From Octopus vulgaris (taxonomy: Eukaryota): a stretch of DNA of 64,000 bases. The position numbers and the translations under genes were made by a program. Positions within the stretch are counted from its first letter, which is position 1; every line of letters begins with the position of its first letter. Shown piece by piece: positions 14,597-29,597 of this stretch. The notes beneath the pieces were generated by a model, which made no database searches, was not told the origin of the DNA, and saw only the letters and a program-made list of their open reading frames with translations. The stretch covers positions 64,356,001-64,420,000 of the forward strand of contig OX597830.1 of NCBI GenBank assembly GCA_951406725.2. The letters run 5' to 3'.

Positions 14597-14636
<40 letters not shown>

Positions 14637-15401
14637 GTACATACATCTATAAGTATACATACACACATATACAAACATCGATAAGGTAGACAAACAGTCT
14701 CGTTTGTCAAGTTCAAATGTTTATTCCGCCATGTTTACACAAAGCGAAAGTTAAAAATATTTCTCGTACCAATACCTCCAACCACGAAACTGCAATCGTT
14801 GTTGAATTCATTGTGTTGAATTCAGATTGTGTTTGTTGTAGATGCTGTCGTAGTGGTGGTGGTGGTTTTGGTTGCAGTTCTATTTACTGGTGGCTGTGTT
14901 TGTTGCGGCAATAGTTATTAGAAGCTTACACTTTTTACTCGCATCTTTGCTTCAGCCACTCGACAGCGACCATGTTGGGGCACTGTTTTGTTGTTAGTTT
15001 AGTTAAATAAAACGATATGAGTAATTACTTCTAGTCTAGAATTTATTGGTCTCTTTTGACGAATTACTTAATTACGGGTGACGTAAGGAAAGCAACACCG
15101 GTTCTCAATCGGTGACGGGAAATCAGACACAAAGACATTTGTGCCTCCCCCCCCCCCAAAAAAAAACCCCAGCACACATAATTAGAAGAGAGGGCGGAAA
15201 AGCATAAATTTCTTACATCATAATTACAAAAAATGTTTTATTAGTGACAAAGATCATTGATTCTTTACTTACTCAATTAAGATACATAATAAACACAATT
15301 AATATAAAATGATTAAAACAAAAATTTAGTTGGGGTAAGACATTGTAGATGTTATTCTTATTGCTGTTGTAGGTGTCGCTGTGATACTAGTGAACACTGC
15401 C

Positions 15402-16722
15402 AGCGAGCTGGCAGAATTGTTAGCGCACCGGGCGAAATGCTTAGTGGCTTTTTGTCTGCCGTTACGTTCTGAGTTCAAATTCCGCCGAGGTCAACTTTGC
15501 CTTTCATACTTTCGGGGTCGATTAAATAGGTACCAGTTACGCACTGGGGTCGATGTAAACGACTGAATCCCTTTGTCTGTCCTTGTTTGTCCCCCTCTAT
15601 GTTTAGCCCTCTGTGGGCAATAAAGAAACAGATATGAGTAACTCTAGTAGCAGTTGTGGTAGTTGACGGTGTTTAGTGTAGTAGTTGGTGCGGTAGTTTG
15701 GTTTGCTTAAATGGATCTACGTCTTTCTCGACGATTAATAGTTTTTAGTTGCTCGATTACTCGAACTACCTTAAGTAGTTGAATATTCCACGGACATGTC
15801 TGCTATCTTTAATGTAAATCCTTAGATAGAATGTGTGACAAGGTCAAATTTTGCCACAAGGGCAGCCATTTTGGGGGAGGTGGAGATGTGTCGATTACAT
15901 CGACCTCCAGTACACAACTGGTACTTAATTTATCGACCCCGAAGGGAAGAAAGGGAAAGTTGACCTCGGCGGAATTTGAACTCAGAAGTAGCGACGGACG
16001 AAATACCTATTTCTTTACTGCCCATAAGGGGCTAAACACAGAGGGGACGAACAAGGACAGACAAACGGATTAAGTCGATTATATCGACCCCAGTGCGTAA
16101 CTGGTACTTAATTAATCGAACCCGAAAGGATGAAAGGCAAAGTCGACCTCGGCGGAATTTGAACTCAGAGCGTAACGGCAGACGAAATACGGCTAAGCAT
16201 TTCGCCCGGCGTGCTAACGTTTCTGCCAGCTCGCCGCCTTACTCTTCCTCCTCCTTCTCCTCCTCCTCATCCCCCTCCCCTCCTCCTCCTCCTCCTCCTC
16301 CTCCTCCTACTACTACTAATAATAATAATAATCCTTTCTAGTGTAGGCACAAGGCTTGAAATTTGGGAGAGGCGACATGCCGCTAAGCATTTCGTCCGGC
16401 GTGCTAACGATTCTGCCAAGCCAGCGTCTGTTGCAGAGCAGAAACAACAACAACAATATGAACCACAACTACGATGGCGACGGCGGCGGCACCAATACCT
16501 ATTTCTTTACTACCCACAAGGGGCTAAACACAGAGGGGACGAACAAGGACAGACAAATGGATTAAGACGATTATATCGACCCCAGTGCGTAACTGGTACT
16601 TAATTTATCGACTCCGAAAGGATGAAAGGCAAAGTCGACCTCGGTGGAATTTGAACTCACAACGTAACGGCAGACGAAATACCGCAAAGCATTTCGCCCG
16701 GCGTGCTAACGTTTCTACCAGC
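15402..16722. mobile_element. Cluster of SINE family B copies (15402-15628 plus; 15845-16238 and 16332-16722 minus, nested or tandem)
   Basis: Same head and central domain; tail ccctttgtctgtccttgtttgtcccc..gtttagcccc.tgtgggcaataaag. Confidence 0.88.
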
Positions 16723-16767
16723 TCCTCCATACCACTGAATTAGCAACACCTCTGCCACCACCAACTT

Positions 16768-16806
<39 letters not shown>

Positions 16807-17964
16807 ATACGCGCACACACACACACACATACACACACACTCACAGACACCTTCATAACCCCAGTCACTCAACGTCAATCACCACCGTGTTCAGTATTGT
16901 CCAAAGTTATTACCCCAACCCCCACCCCTACCACCACCACCACCACTACGACGACAACAACAACTACAACAACAGCAGCAAAAACAAGAATCACCACCAA
17001 ACACCATCTTCAACATCGACACGCAAACATCCTTACCGACATTATTGTCACCGCTGCCATCTACCTACATCAACTCAAGACTATTTCGAAATCGAATAAC
17101 CACTACCGTTGCCACCACCACCACCACCACCACCACCACCACCGCCACCACCACCGCCACATCCTCTTCCTCCTCTAAAGCTACACAATACCATTCTATC
17201 ACGTCATCAAATACACACCACCAATAACCACCCTAACTACCTTCGCCGTAATCACATTGCTACCACCACCACTACCACCACCACCACCACCACCACACCA
17301 CTACCATTACTAGTACCACTACTAGCAGTAGTAGTAGCAGCAGCAGCAGCGGCACCACCACCACCACCACCATCACAACTACAGCAGTAGCCACCACAAT
17401 CGTGTCTTACCTACATAACACCATTCTATCAAAAAATCAAATCCACCCCAACGCAAACATCACCACCACCACCACCACCACTAACAATCACAGCAACAAC
17501 AATAACAAAAACAGCCAGGACCACCACCACCACCACCACCACCACCACCACCACCACCACCACCTCCTACTCATTACCTACATACCATCAGTCTTATTCT
17601 GAACATCAAAATCACGCCTCAAAACCACAAACAACAATTTAATGGGATTTTTATGTCTACCCTCTTCTCCCCGCCTCCCCTTCCACCTCTCCTTATTTTC
17701 CACTTAACAAAAAAAACCCCCCAAAAAAACAGAAAAGAAAAGGGATCATGTATCTTTCAATGTTTTCTTCTAGTGACCCCTTTTATTCGAGTACACGTTT
17801 ACTAAGAGGCCCCTAATTTTGTCGTTGATTGATACATCATCTTATCTGTTGATGTCACAGTTCCCTATATATAAGCAGTGGGCGGGGGGATGAGGTTCTA
17901 CGTAATTGTTCGCTTTGCTAGAAATAGCAGTCAAATACTTCTGAAATTACTACTCTATCTACAC

Positions 17965-18889
17965 TAGTGATTCTCAACCGGGGTTCATGTGGCCCTTTGT
18001 GGATCCCCATAAGATTTTGTTGTTAAAATTTATCTGCAATAAATTGGTTATATTTTTACAATACACTAAATATTTTAACATTTCTTTTATATAATATTTA
18101 ATAATACCTACTTATAAAAATATAGGGTAAAGAGACCCTTCGGTCAAGAACGACCATGGGATTGCACCGAGAAAGTTGTTTATGGAAAGACCAGTAGTCA
18201 CCCATGCGTACTTGCCTTCCCTCTCCACGTTACCGATGTTATTTATCCACGGGAAAGGCAAAGGCCAATACAGCTTGGCACTAGGGGTCGCAATCCATTT
18301 CTTTGGAAGCACTCCGTCGGTTACGACGACGAGGGTTCCGGTTGATCCGAATCAACGGAACAGCCTGCTCGTGAAATTAACGTGTAAGTGGCTGAGCACT
18401 CCACAGACACGTGTACCCTTAACGTAGTTCTCGGGGATATTCAGCGTGACACAGAGAGTGACAAGGCCGGCCCTTTGAAATACAGGTACAACAGAAACAG
18501 GAAGTAAGAGTGAGAGAAAGTTGTGGTGAAAGAGTACAGCAGGGATCACCACCATCCCCTGCCGGAGCCTCGTGGAGCTTTAGGTGTTTTCGCTCAATAA
18601 ACACTCACAATGCCCGGTCTGGGAATCGAAACCGCGATCCTATGACCGCGAGTCCGCTGCCCTAACCACTGGGCCATTGCGCCTCCACTAATCCATTTCT
18701 ACAACTGAGTGAACTGGAGCAATGTGAAAATAAAGTGTCTTGCTCAAGAACACAATACACATCTAGGTCCGGGAATCGAACTTGCTACCTCATGCTTGTG
18801 AGTTCGATGCTCTAACAACTGGATGGCAATAAAATAGGAATTTAAGGTGTCTATAGGTAAAATGAAGCAAAAATGGGCGAGAAACATTG
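17965..18889. mobile_element. hAT-type MITE (same family) containing nested SINEs
   Basis: TAGTGATTCTCAACC / GAGAAACATTG ends; body similar to the 56327 copy; no TSD recognisable. Confidence 0.7.
18303..18689 (-). mobile_element. tRNA-derived SINE family C, full length, nested in a family D SINE
   Basis: Head ggaggcgcaatggcccagtggttagggcagcggactcgcggtc...gtttcgattccc; 11-bp TSD AATCCATTTCT at 18292-18302 and 18690-18700. Confidence 0.9.
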
Positions 18890-19849
18890 GGTTTGAATCA
18901 TAAACTCCGATGTCCTGAGGAGAGCCAATCTGTGCCACGGGCAAGAGATTGTGGCTGAAGGACGGGTGAGTACCCAAGACAACGGGTACCACATAAGGGA
19001 CGAAGGAAGAGAGGGAGACCCAAGAAGACATGGTGTTACACTTTCAAAATAAAATATCGAACCCAGTATTTACTTTGAAGTCTGGTATTTATTTGATCGT
19101 TTTCTCTGCCGAATCGCAAGGTAATAGGGACGTAAACAAACCAACATCATTTATCAAGCGATTGTAGAGAGACAAACAGATGCACAGTGACGCACATAGG
19201 TATACACAAACACACACACAGACATGCACATATATATACGACGGGGTTCCACACAGTTTATGTTCTTGAGCAAAATACTGCATTTCACGAAGCTCTAGTC
19301 CATTCAGTTGTATGAGTAAACCTGTAACAGACTGATGTCTCGTTTAGAGGGTATGTAGTGATGTAGGACACTCATACTACATGGAAAACGAGGTGGTTAA
19401 ACGGCCCTATGCCTAGAGACAGGACGATCCGTGACCGTGACGGTGAACATGATGAGCAGTTTATGTCAGCTGAATGTGTCGGTTGGACAACGGAATTCAT
19501 CATTTGGCTACACAAATTTATACTGGGGTCAGAGCCAAAGACACACGTGAATTACTTAAAAGTGCTCAACATACCCGAAACATTCGGTGCTACAACAGCA
19601 AACGTCATGTCACAGGCACCAACATTCTCACTTGTCATTGCCTTCTATGTAATGACACTTAGCCATTCTCCCCTCTTGACACCACAAGTACTTATTACCA
19701 TAATATCTCCAGCACTAAAATTATAAACATCAACTTTACCAAGGACAACACGTTACGAAATTATCAACATTTCCTATACGACACTCCCTCCACGAGTGTA
19801 TGTTGCCACACACACACACACACACACATACACATAGCTACATACATAT

Positions 19850-19913
<64 letters not shown>

Positions 19914-20106
19914 TGGAAGGTTTGGAGGTGATCTACAGGTATTTTATATTAGAAGAAATTTCTGAGTACCTCATTTCTTCTAATATATATATATGTATAT
20001 ATATATATAAAGTTAATTCAAACACGAAAACACAAAACACAACAACGTGAGGACGTGGAACAAATATAGTATTATTGTACGCTCAGGAAGGAAGGGAAGA
20101 AGGAGG

Positions 20107-20141
20107 GTTTAACGTTTCGAGCGGAGCTCTTCGTCAGAAAC
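20107..20141 (-). ncRNA. Minimal type I hammerhead, canonical core
   Basis: Minus strand reads gttt-CTGACGA-a-gagc-tcc-gctc-GAAA-cg-TT-aaac. Confidence 0.78.
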
Positions 20142-20854
20142 ATAGGAAAAGGAAAGATCCAGAGAAGGGAAGACGGAGTTAAAAAAAATCGCCAACAGTA
20201 CACACGCAGTCACATTTTAAATACAAAATGGGACAAGAACGCAAAACGTTCAAATAGACGATATAAAAAACACGGACGGGTCATTCGAAGCCGCTAATCT
20301 TCAGTCAAGAACCGGATCATCCTCGCAATTTCGGCTGATTAATCTTGAGCTTGCTTCGATCTGGCCAGCCTCAAGGAAAAACTAAGCTATGACCATTAGA
20401 TTTCTTTGAAAAAGGATCGAATGGTTACGAAACAAGGACAGAAAAACGGACATATTATATATTATATATTATATAGACATGTATATTATATTTTATATAG
20501 ACATGTAAATTATATATTATATATATTATATATACATGTATATTATATGTTATATATTATATATATTATATATACATGTATATTATGTTATATACATATT
20601 ATATATACATGTATATTATATATATATATATATAAAACTTGGAAAAGAATGCGTTGCGTTCGATCATATTATGGTATAAATAATATATAAATATATGCAT
20701 ATATACATACATATATGTACATACCTACATACATATGTATATATGTATATATACATATGTATGTAGATATGTACATATATGTTTGTATATATAAATATAT
20801 TTATATATTATTTATATATATTATATATATAAGCCAGCTAGCTACACACATACA

Positions 20855-20906
<52 letters not shown>

Positions 20907-21464
20907 ATATATATACACACAAATACATATATGAATGCATTTATGTTGTATGGCATATGATATACCTGTATTCCTCCCCACACTCTCTCGATATATATAT
21001 GGTGTGTGTGTGTGAGCATGTGTCTGCGTGAGAGAGTGCCCTAAGTGTCCAATATCATTCTGTTGTTGTTTACAATCAGAGTGATGAAATGTCGCCGATC
21101 TGTCAGTCTCCGTGCGATGGATCAAGGTGAAAGGCTACAAGTATCAAATTATAAACATTCTCTGAACTTAATAACACTTTATCTGTTTCATACTCTTTTC
21201 CTTCCCACTCTCCAGAGAACGTAATCATATATTTATATATATATATATACATATATACATACATACCTACATACATATACACATATATACATACATACAT
21301 ACACATATACACATATATACATATATACATATATATTTACACATATACATATAACTACATATATATATATATATATACACACACATACATATATACACAT
21401 ATGTATATATTTACACATATGTATACATATAACTACATATATCTATATACACACATACATATAA

Positions 21465-21500
<36 letters not shown>

Positions 21501-21909
21501 CTTAGACATATACATATATGTATATACACACACACATATATATATACAGAGACATATACATATATATATATACACACACACACACGTACACACACACACA
21601 TATATATATATTTATATACAGAGATATATACATATATATATACACACACACATGTTTCTTGGGACTAGTGAACAGTAGTAGCAACGTCCCTTACAGGACA
21701 CCCATATTATGTTGGTAATTAAATTTTACTTTTACTTTAAAGAAATGTTACTGCATTTCTCTCTCTGAGAGATTTAGAAATATTGCTATTTCGATTTAAA
21801 ATATGTTCACCCACACATATATGGCAGCAGGTAGTCCAATGACCTAAAGAATAAAAAAATGATATATATATACATACATGTTTTAAATTATTTCTTTTAT
21901 CTTATTTGC

Positions 21910-22013
<104 letters not shown>

Positions 22014-22265
22014 CCTACCTACCTATCTGTCTATATATATATTAGATGGATGTTTATGTATAGAAACGATTATCAATCTATTTATCGATGTAGCTACAAG
22101 CACAAAAAGACACACAAACACACACACACACACACACACACACATTTGTTTGCACTGTACGAGGAAGAAAAGGCATTCCTTTCTAATTATAGTTTGACAT
22201 TTTGATAGCTCATATTCACTATTTTATTGCTTCAGCCTTCCTACTAAAACAACAACGACAACAAA

Positions 22266-22304
<39 letters not shown>

Positions 22305-22386
22305 AACTGCTGCTGCAACCACCGTGACCACCACAACTCTCACAACAAACATTACCACCACCACCACCACCACCACCACCACCACC

Positions 22387-22427
<41 letters not shown>

Positions 22428-22927
22428 CACTACTACTGCTGCTGCTGCTGCTACATTTTCACCAGAATTTGGCGATGATGATGATGTTGACGGCGATGAT
22501 ACTGACGACAACGATGATGATGATGATGACAACGATGATGATAATTCGGTGCCTAGTACTAGTGAATCCACATCTTGCTTTCATTACTTTTATTTATTTA
22601 TTTATTTATTCTTTTTTTGGCAGAAACGGTAGAGTGTCGGACCAGCTGTCTTAGATTATGTCATCCGTTCTGAGTTCAAATACCACCGAGGTCAACCTTC
22701 ACTTTCACTTTCATCCTTGTACCAGTCAAATACTGGTGACGATATATGATCGACCGATTCTTCAGAACCCGCCGATTTCTGACCATGTACCACCCTATGT
22801 TTGAAATAAATTATTCCTAAAGTGAAGGTTAATGGAATCGGTAGAGCTGCATACAAAATATCTTGCGTTAATTTTGTCGCATACATTTGTTCTGTGTTCA
22901 AATCCCGCCCAGTTCTTTGCTTTTCAT

Positions 22928-23488
22928 GAGTGGTTCTCAACCATTCCCCCCACCATGCACCCCTTCCATTAACATTTTACTCTGGTGGACCCTCATAATC
23001 ATTTGATGTTTTAAAAAAGTCATTTTATGTAAAGGTGCATGGCTCAGTGGTTAGAGCGTCCGGTTTACGCGGTACTGAGTTCGATTCCCGGACCGAACTG
23101 TGTGCTGTGTTCTTGAGCAAGACACAGTATTTCACATTACTCCAGTTCACTCAGCTGTAAAAACGAGTTGCGACGTCACTGGAGCCTTTCCCTTGGATAA
23201 CATCGGTGGTGTGGAAAGGGAAGCTGTTATGCATGGCTGACTGCTGGTCTTCTAGCAACAACCTTGCCCAGGCTTGTACCTCAGCGGGGAACTCTCTAGG
23301 ATCAATCCCATGGTCATTCTTAACCGAAGGGTGGGGTCTTTACTTTTTATATTTTTATAAACTGCATAAAATTGTTAAATATACTGTGTATTATAAACGC
23401 ATAAGCATTTCAATGCAGATAAATTTTACCAGTAAAATCTTATTTATACCTCGCCGGGGGTCATACGGACTCTAGAAGGGAACCACTG
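22928..23488. mobile_element. hAT-type MITE (same family) containing a SINE
   Basis: GAGTGGTTCTCAACC / GGGAACCACTG ends; perfect 8-bp TSD CTTTTCAT. Confidence 0.85.
23034..23340 (+). mobile_element. tRNA-derived SINE family D
   Basis: ggtgcatggctcagtggttagagcg...gagttcgattcccgg, then ttcttgagcaagacac...cactcagctgta. Confidence 0.88.
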
Positions 23489-23777
23489 CTTTTCATACTC
23501 CGGGCTCCATAATATAAGGGACATGTTATCTATTGGTCTCGATTTAATCGACTATTCTGTTTCGTCCATATTACAGTTGTGCCAAAATTTGAAAGTTTAG
23601 CTGGTCAAGCGAAACTAGGAACCAGAATATGGTTACTATCGCACATTGCAGCATCTGTTGAGCCACACGTGAATTGGATGCAGTAGTTATGGACCACATA
23701 GGATCCTGGTCAACCCCCCGAACGGAAGTGACTGCCTCTCACTGTCAGCTGTCTTCTTGCATCCTAAACCTATGTTT

Positions 23778-24193
23778 CTTTTACTTGTTTCGGCCATTTG
23801 ACCGCGTCCATGCTGGAGCACCGCCTTGAAGGGTTTTAATTGAACAAATTGGGACTTACTTTTTTTGAAGCCTAATACATATTCTATCGGTGTCTTTTGA
23901 CGAACCGCTAGTTACGGAGACGTAAACACACAACACCGGTTGTCAAATTGTCAAACGATGATGGGGGTTAAACACAGATAAAAAGACACACACATAGATA
24001 CGCACAGATACATGCACATATATTTATATATGACGGGTTTCTTTCAGTTTCCGTCTTCCAAAACAACTCACAAGTCTTCGGTCGATCCATGATTATAGTA
24101 GAAGACACTTTCTCAAGGTGCCACGCAGTGGGACTGAACCCGGAACCATGTGGTTGGGAAGCAAGCTTCTTACCACACAGCCAAGCCTACGTC
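23778..24193 (-). mobile_element. SINE family A, full length
   Basis: Colinear with 6867-7291. Confidence 0.88.
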
Positions 24194-24616
24194 CACATAC
24201 ACACACACACATGTATGTTTATCTAAATTTTGATCCTGATGTAAAATAGAATTGCTTATAAATTACTGTAACAGCACATTGATGAATTATCGTAAAACTC
24301 GCAGCAGCAATCAGACCATTATTACTGTTTATGGTACTTATATACGAATAACTTGAACTGAGCCATTGATAGTTCAAATGCTTTTGTCTCATATTCAAAG
24401 AAGTATTGTATATAAGACAGGAAGCAGCGTAATTTTGACTCCTGAGCTGACAACTTATTGTTTCAACCAGCTGCGACTCTCCTAGAAATGATAGTTTGGT
24501 ATTCAGAGAAATGTTACATATGAGACACGAACCAGCGTAAATTTGGCTCATAACTTGACGCCTTATCGGCTCGGCCAGCTGTGATTCTTTTACAATAACA
24601 GATGAAGAAACGACAC

Positions 24617-24703
<87 letters not shown>

Positions 24704-25706
24704 AAGAGAGGGAGGTGGGAAGGAAGGGAGGGAGAGCGATGATACAGGATGTTTGAAGCTTAGATTGAAGCCACCCTTCGTTGCTCCGTCCTTATGTTTG
24801 ATGTCCGCTAAATTTACCCGAACGTCACGTAAAACAAAGCAAAAATGAAAAAAAACCCAAAAAACAAAGACAACCCCCATAAAAAATAAAAAATAAAAAA
24901 ACTCCAACTAAAATGCAAAAAATATGGCTAGAATTTTAGTGCATTATGCTATATTCTTGATATAGACACGACCAGAAATACACACCCTCGGGAATCTTCA
25001 AACAAACACCTTTAATTTCCTGGGTGGGGGTAGGAACTGTTCCTCGGTACAAGTGAGATACAGTGTGTCAATGTGAGCAAAACATTGCCTTTATTTAGCA
25101 CTTACAGATAGGGGTCATCTATATTTGGGGATAAGAACTATACCCCTTCTCCACCCCACCACATTGCATCCCGTTTACAAAAAAAAAAAGAAAAATAGAA
25201 AAAAGATTTACCGATTTTATCCTTCATAAAAAAAATAAGCAGCTCCCCAAAAGACAATCGGTACCGAATCTATCATTTGTTACTTTTTTTCATCTTCGCA
25301 ACGCACCCCTAAAACAACTTTATAACTCACAGTTTCCCGTCCCCCTTGTCCATCCAGTTACCCTGCCGCCCATCCTCCCACTCACCCATCCATTCACCAA
25401 TCCGCGGTGGTTGTGAAGATTTAAAGGAAGAATTCCCAATGGACCGTTTATCGGTGCTTCACTTCGCTTACTTAAAGAAATCACATTCTTTGTCCTCCTT
25501 ATCTCACGGTCGTCTTCAGCCCTTTCTTTCTTCTCTTTCTTCATTCTTTTCTTGTGTATTTATTTCCTTTCATTTTGTATTGAAGATCCATCTTTTTCTT
25601 TTCATCCTTTGGGTACTTGTTCTCTCCCATGTGTGTATGTATTATGTATTAATACACACAAACACACATATACGATACAGACACACATGCGTATGAAAGT
25701 GCAAAT

Positions 25707-25748
<42 letters not shown>

Positions 25749-25814
25749 GCATAGGCACACAAACATTATTCTATACATGTTTGTGAATATAATTCATGAA
25801 TACTATACCAAATT

Positions 25815-25965
<151 letters not shown>

Positions 25966-26165
25966 TATATACATGTATGTATGTATGCCAATTTTGTACA
26001 AGACATTATAGATCTTTAGCTGGGCTAAAAAGTCACATTCGATCACAGCACCAGTAACAGCTAAGCTTCGTGCGATGGCCATACTCGATAATGAGGGGGC
26101 AGCCATACTAATGTATATATATATATATATAGAAGAAGAAGAAGAAGAAGAAGAAGAAGAAGAAG

Positions 26166-26197
<32 letters not shown>

Positions 26198-26230
26198 GAA
26201 GAAGAAGAAGAGGAAGAAGAAAAGGAAGAG

Positions 26231-26269
<39 letters not shown>

Positions 26270-26305
26270 TAATAATTAGAATAATAATATATGTATGTAT
26301 GTATA

Positions 26306-26645
26306 TGGCTGTGACGCAAAGGGTCAGAGAAAGGTCCATGCTACCACATTCGAAATGAGATATTTCGCGAAAGGAGCGGATTGCAGAGTACCGAAAGCAC
26401 AAGATACCCTGGTCCGGACATGTTACAAGGCACACTGACAATAGCTGGATTCGTGCAGTTGCCGAGTGGTATGTAAAGTGTCAGAAAAGACCACCTGGAA
26501 GGCCTCCACAACAGTGTGTGTGTGTGTGTGTGTGGGGGGGGTTATTTAGTCAAGCAATTTGGGCCAAAATAAAAAAGAAATGGCGCAATCACGGCAGAAT
26601 TAGAATTACATTGTGACTAGTGGTGCATAACAGCATCTGATGGTC
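26306..26645 (+). mobile_element. RTE-clade LINE C-terminal fragment, decayed
   Basis: Remnants AVTQR..ERSML, HIRNE, WSGHVTRHTDNSW.RAV.EW, KRPPGRPP. Confidence 0.72.
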
Positions 26646-26674
26646 TGGTTATATGTGTGTGTATATGGGGAGAG

Positions 26675-27001
26675 GAGACCTCCTTCGGTCATGAATGACC
26701 ATGGGATTGCACCTAGAAAGTTACCCTCCGAGGAACAAACCCGGGCAAGTTTGTTTATGGAAGGCCAGCAGTCACCAATGCATACCAGCCTCCTCTCTCC
26801 ATGCCACTGATGTTATCCAAGAGAAAAGCAAAGGCTGATACAGCTTGGCACCAGTGACGATACAACTCATTTCTACAGCTGAGTGAACTGGAGCAATGTG
26901 AAATAAAGTGTCTTGTTCAAGAACACAACACGCACCCCGGTCCGGGAATCGAACTCACAACCTCACGATCGTAAGCTCGACGCTCTAACCACTGAGCCAT
27001 G
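26675..27001 (-). mobile_element. SINE family D, full length
   Basis: Colinear with 23034-23340; another copy spans 18128-18826, split by SINE C. Confidence 0.88.
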
Positions 27002-27035
<34 letters not shown>

Positions 27036-27138
27036 AGAGAGAGTGTGTTCACATACATATAAATACATATATCACGGCATAACGATATTGACCAGATCAT
27101 CGGATTTGATTCATGGCTGTTCACACTGCCCTGCACAT

Positions 27139-27175
<37 letters not shown>

Positions 27176-27371
27176 TTGTACAAACACCTATATAGTTACA
27201 ATTATAGACACACGCATACATACGTAATACATACATATATACATACACAGATTCTTAGTGTAAATACAATGAAACATAAAAAGAGGGCACACGATCACAC
27301 GATGGACAAGGTCATATGTGCGCGTGTGTGTATATAGGTGTATCTATATTACACATACACCCCCAGCACAC

Positions 27372-27432
<61 letters not shown>

Positions 27433-27892
27433 CATATATACATATACATATCGATACATACTCACACACCTTGGTCAATGCCATTGAGTGTAATGTGAGA
27501 AAGAGAGAGAGAGAGTGAGAAAGAAAGAAGAAAACAGGGAGAGAGAAAAGTAATTAGTAACAGGTAAGTTATGGTAAATACCAATAAATGATCGTTCTCT
27601 CCGTGGTTTGTTAAGACATTTCCACCTTTTATTATGACAACCATTTGTTCTCTTCGTGACATTAACAAAAGAATTCTTTCGAGGGCACTTTCAACTTGAA
27701 AGCAAATGAATAAAGGAGATATTCAACGAATAAAAGAGGTAGCAACGGTAGTAGCAGCAGCAGCAGTAATAGTAGTAGTGGTAGTAGTCGTAGTATTAAT
27801 TTTAGACTTTCACACAAATTTGAACACATTTGTTGATTCCAATAGAAAATCGAAAGTGAAAGTAAAGCAGGTGAAACTAAAGGAACACACAT

Positions 27893-27947
<55 letters not shown>

Positions 27948-27950
27948 CAT

Positions 27951-28412
27951 GTCAGGTCACTTTCGAGTGCTACTGGTAACATGTAACCCAGTACAACCTG
28001 TTGCATGGTCGGGTCGTCGGCGACTAAACCGGCAACCCCACCAAGCTTGCTTGGTGAGGAAGGTGTTTATTGGAAACCCTGCAGGATGAAAAACAAAACC
28101 CGTCAAAGGGCGGAGGAACTCTTGAGAGTCAACGGCCATCCAATAAATGTCTTAAGACTGTATCATGCGCGGGGACATAGAAATAATCGGACTGAATACC
28201 TGATCGCGCGGTTAAACCATTGGGAGTGAAGGATTCCTAGCCTTTGTTAGGGCATCCTTCTAGGATAAGGTAACTCAGGTAACTGGGATAACTTCGACAT
28301 AAAACCTGCGGCTCAGTGGTTATCGATGATGTTGACTTGTTCTTCTTTTCGGATTATGGCTGCTGTTGCTTAGTGAGTGGGATTGACTCAGTGCATAGCC
28401 TTTCCCCACTTT
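27951..28412 (+). mobile_element. Structured non-coding element resembling an RTE 5' UTR or non-autonomous RTE derivative
   Basis: gggcatccttctaggataaggtaactc...ataaaacct resembles, from memory, a conserved RTE 5'-UTR motif; several strong hairpins at the 5' end. Confidence 0.5.
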
Positions 28413-29369
28413 AAAAAAAATCTTCTTGCACAGGCATTGCACGATAACAACATTGATTAAGCTTCGTGCAATGGTATACTCGATAACGAAAGGGCAGCCA
28501 CCATGTATGTATGTATGTATGTATGTATGTATGTATGTATGTATGTATGTATGTATGTATGTATGTATGTATGTATGTGTGTATGTATGTATGTATGTAT
28601 GTATGCATGCATGTATGTATGCATGTATGTACGCATGTGTATGTGTGTGTGTGTGTATGTATATTTGTATGCATTAATGTATATATAAAAACAAAATGAT
28701 AGAAAGATAGACAAAGAGTTAGAGATATTCTTCAATGAATGCCATATAGAAACAGAGTGAAGACAGTTAGTCCTACATAGTTAAGATCGTCTGGAATATG
28801 TGGTGTGTGTCTGTGTGTGTATGTGTGGCTATATATATTTATTACAACTTGTACTGATTTACAGGGTATTTTACCTAACCTAACCGAACCTACCATACTT
28901 AATCGATAATCCGACAAAATCACTAATCGAGCACTCTCCAGGTCCCAACAATGCCGGATTAGTGGTTGTGTACTGTATATGTTTGTATGTAGGTACATAT
29001 TGGTTATATATATATAATAATAATATGAGGGAATAGTATTCCAAACTTACAGGGAAAAATTCAATTTAGAAATACTAAATCGAATTTCGCAAAATGTAAT
29101 ATATATATGATTTTGATTTTGATTTTGATTTTTCCAGTTTCAGCTAATGAGCTGTGGCCATGCTGGGGCATATATATATATATAAATTAGAAAATAAAAA
29201 CACCTTTTATCAATTCAAAAGGAAAAATTAAATTACACCATCTAGAAAATTACATATAATAGAAAGATTAAATATAAGATGAAAAGTATAACGATGATTA
29301 AGTAATGTGTATATATGTATACACACACACACACATATATATATATATACACACACACACATTTATACG

Positions 29370-29537
29370 TATACTTGCAATCCTTCGGTATTGGTAGATG
29401 ACATCATTAACCCATACAATCTCTTCCCTTATGACACAGATAAAGAGGATTAGATCGAAAAGTGGCGGTGGGGGAATGACGTCGCCGCTTCATAACGATA
29501 CTCTATATACCAATACCGAAGAATCGTCCATATACTT
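29370..29537. mobile_element. Small MITE-like element in an AT-repeat context
   Basis: cttcggtattggta / taccaataccgaag inverted repeats with weaker outward extension. Confidence 0.55.
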
Positions 29538-29597
29538 ATATATATATAAGAAGTTTGAAAACGCCACTATATAAGATAAATTTAAATTTTCTGAGAG

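Noticed and set aside
18610-18686. Genuine tRNA genes at SINE heads (also 23034, 26935, 59950)
   Set aside because: A and B boxes are present but no proper acceptor stem or terminator; each continues into a SINE body.
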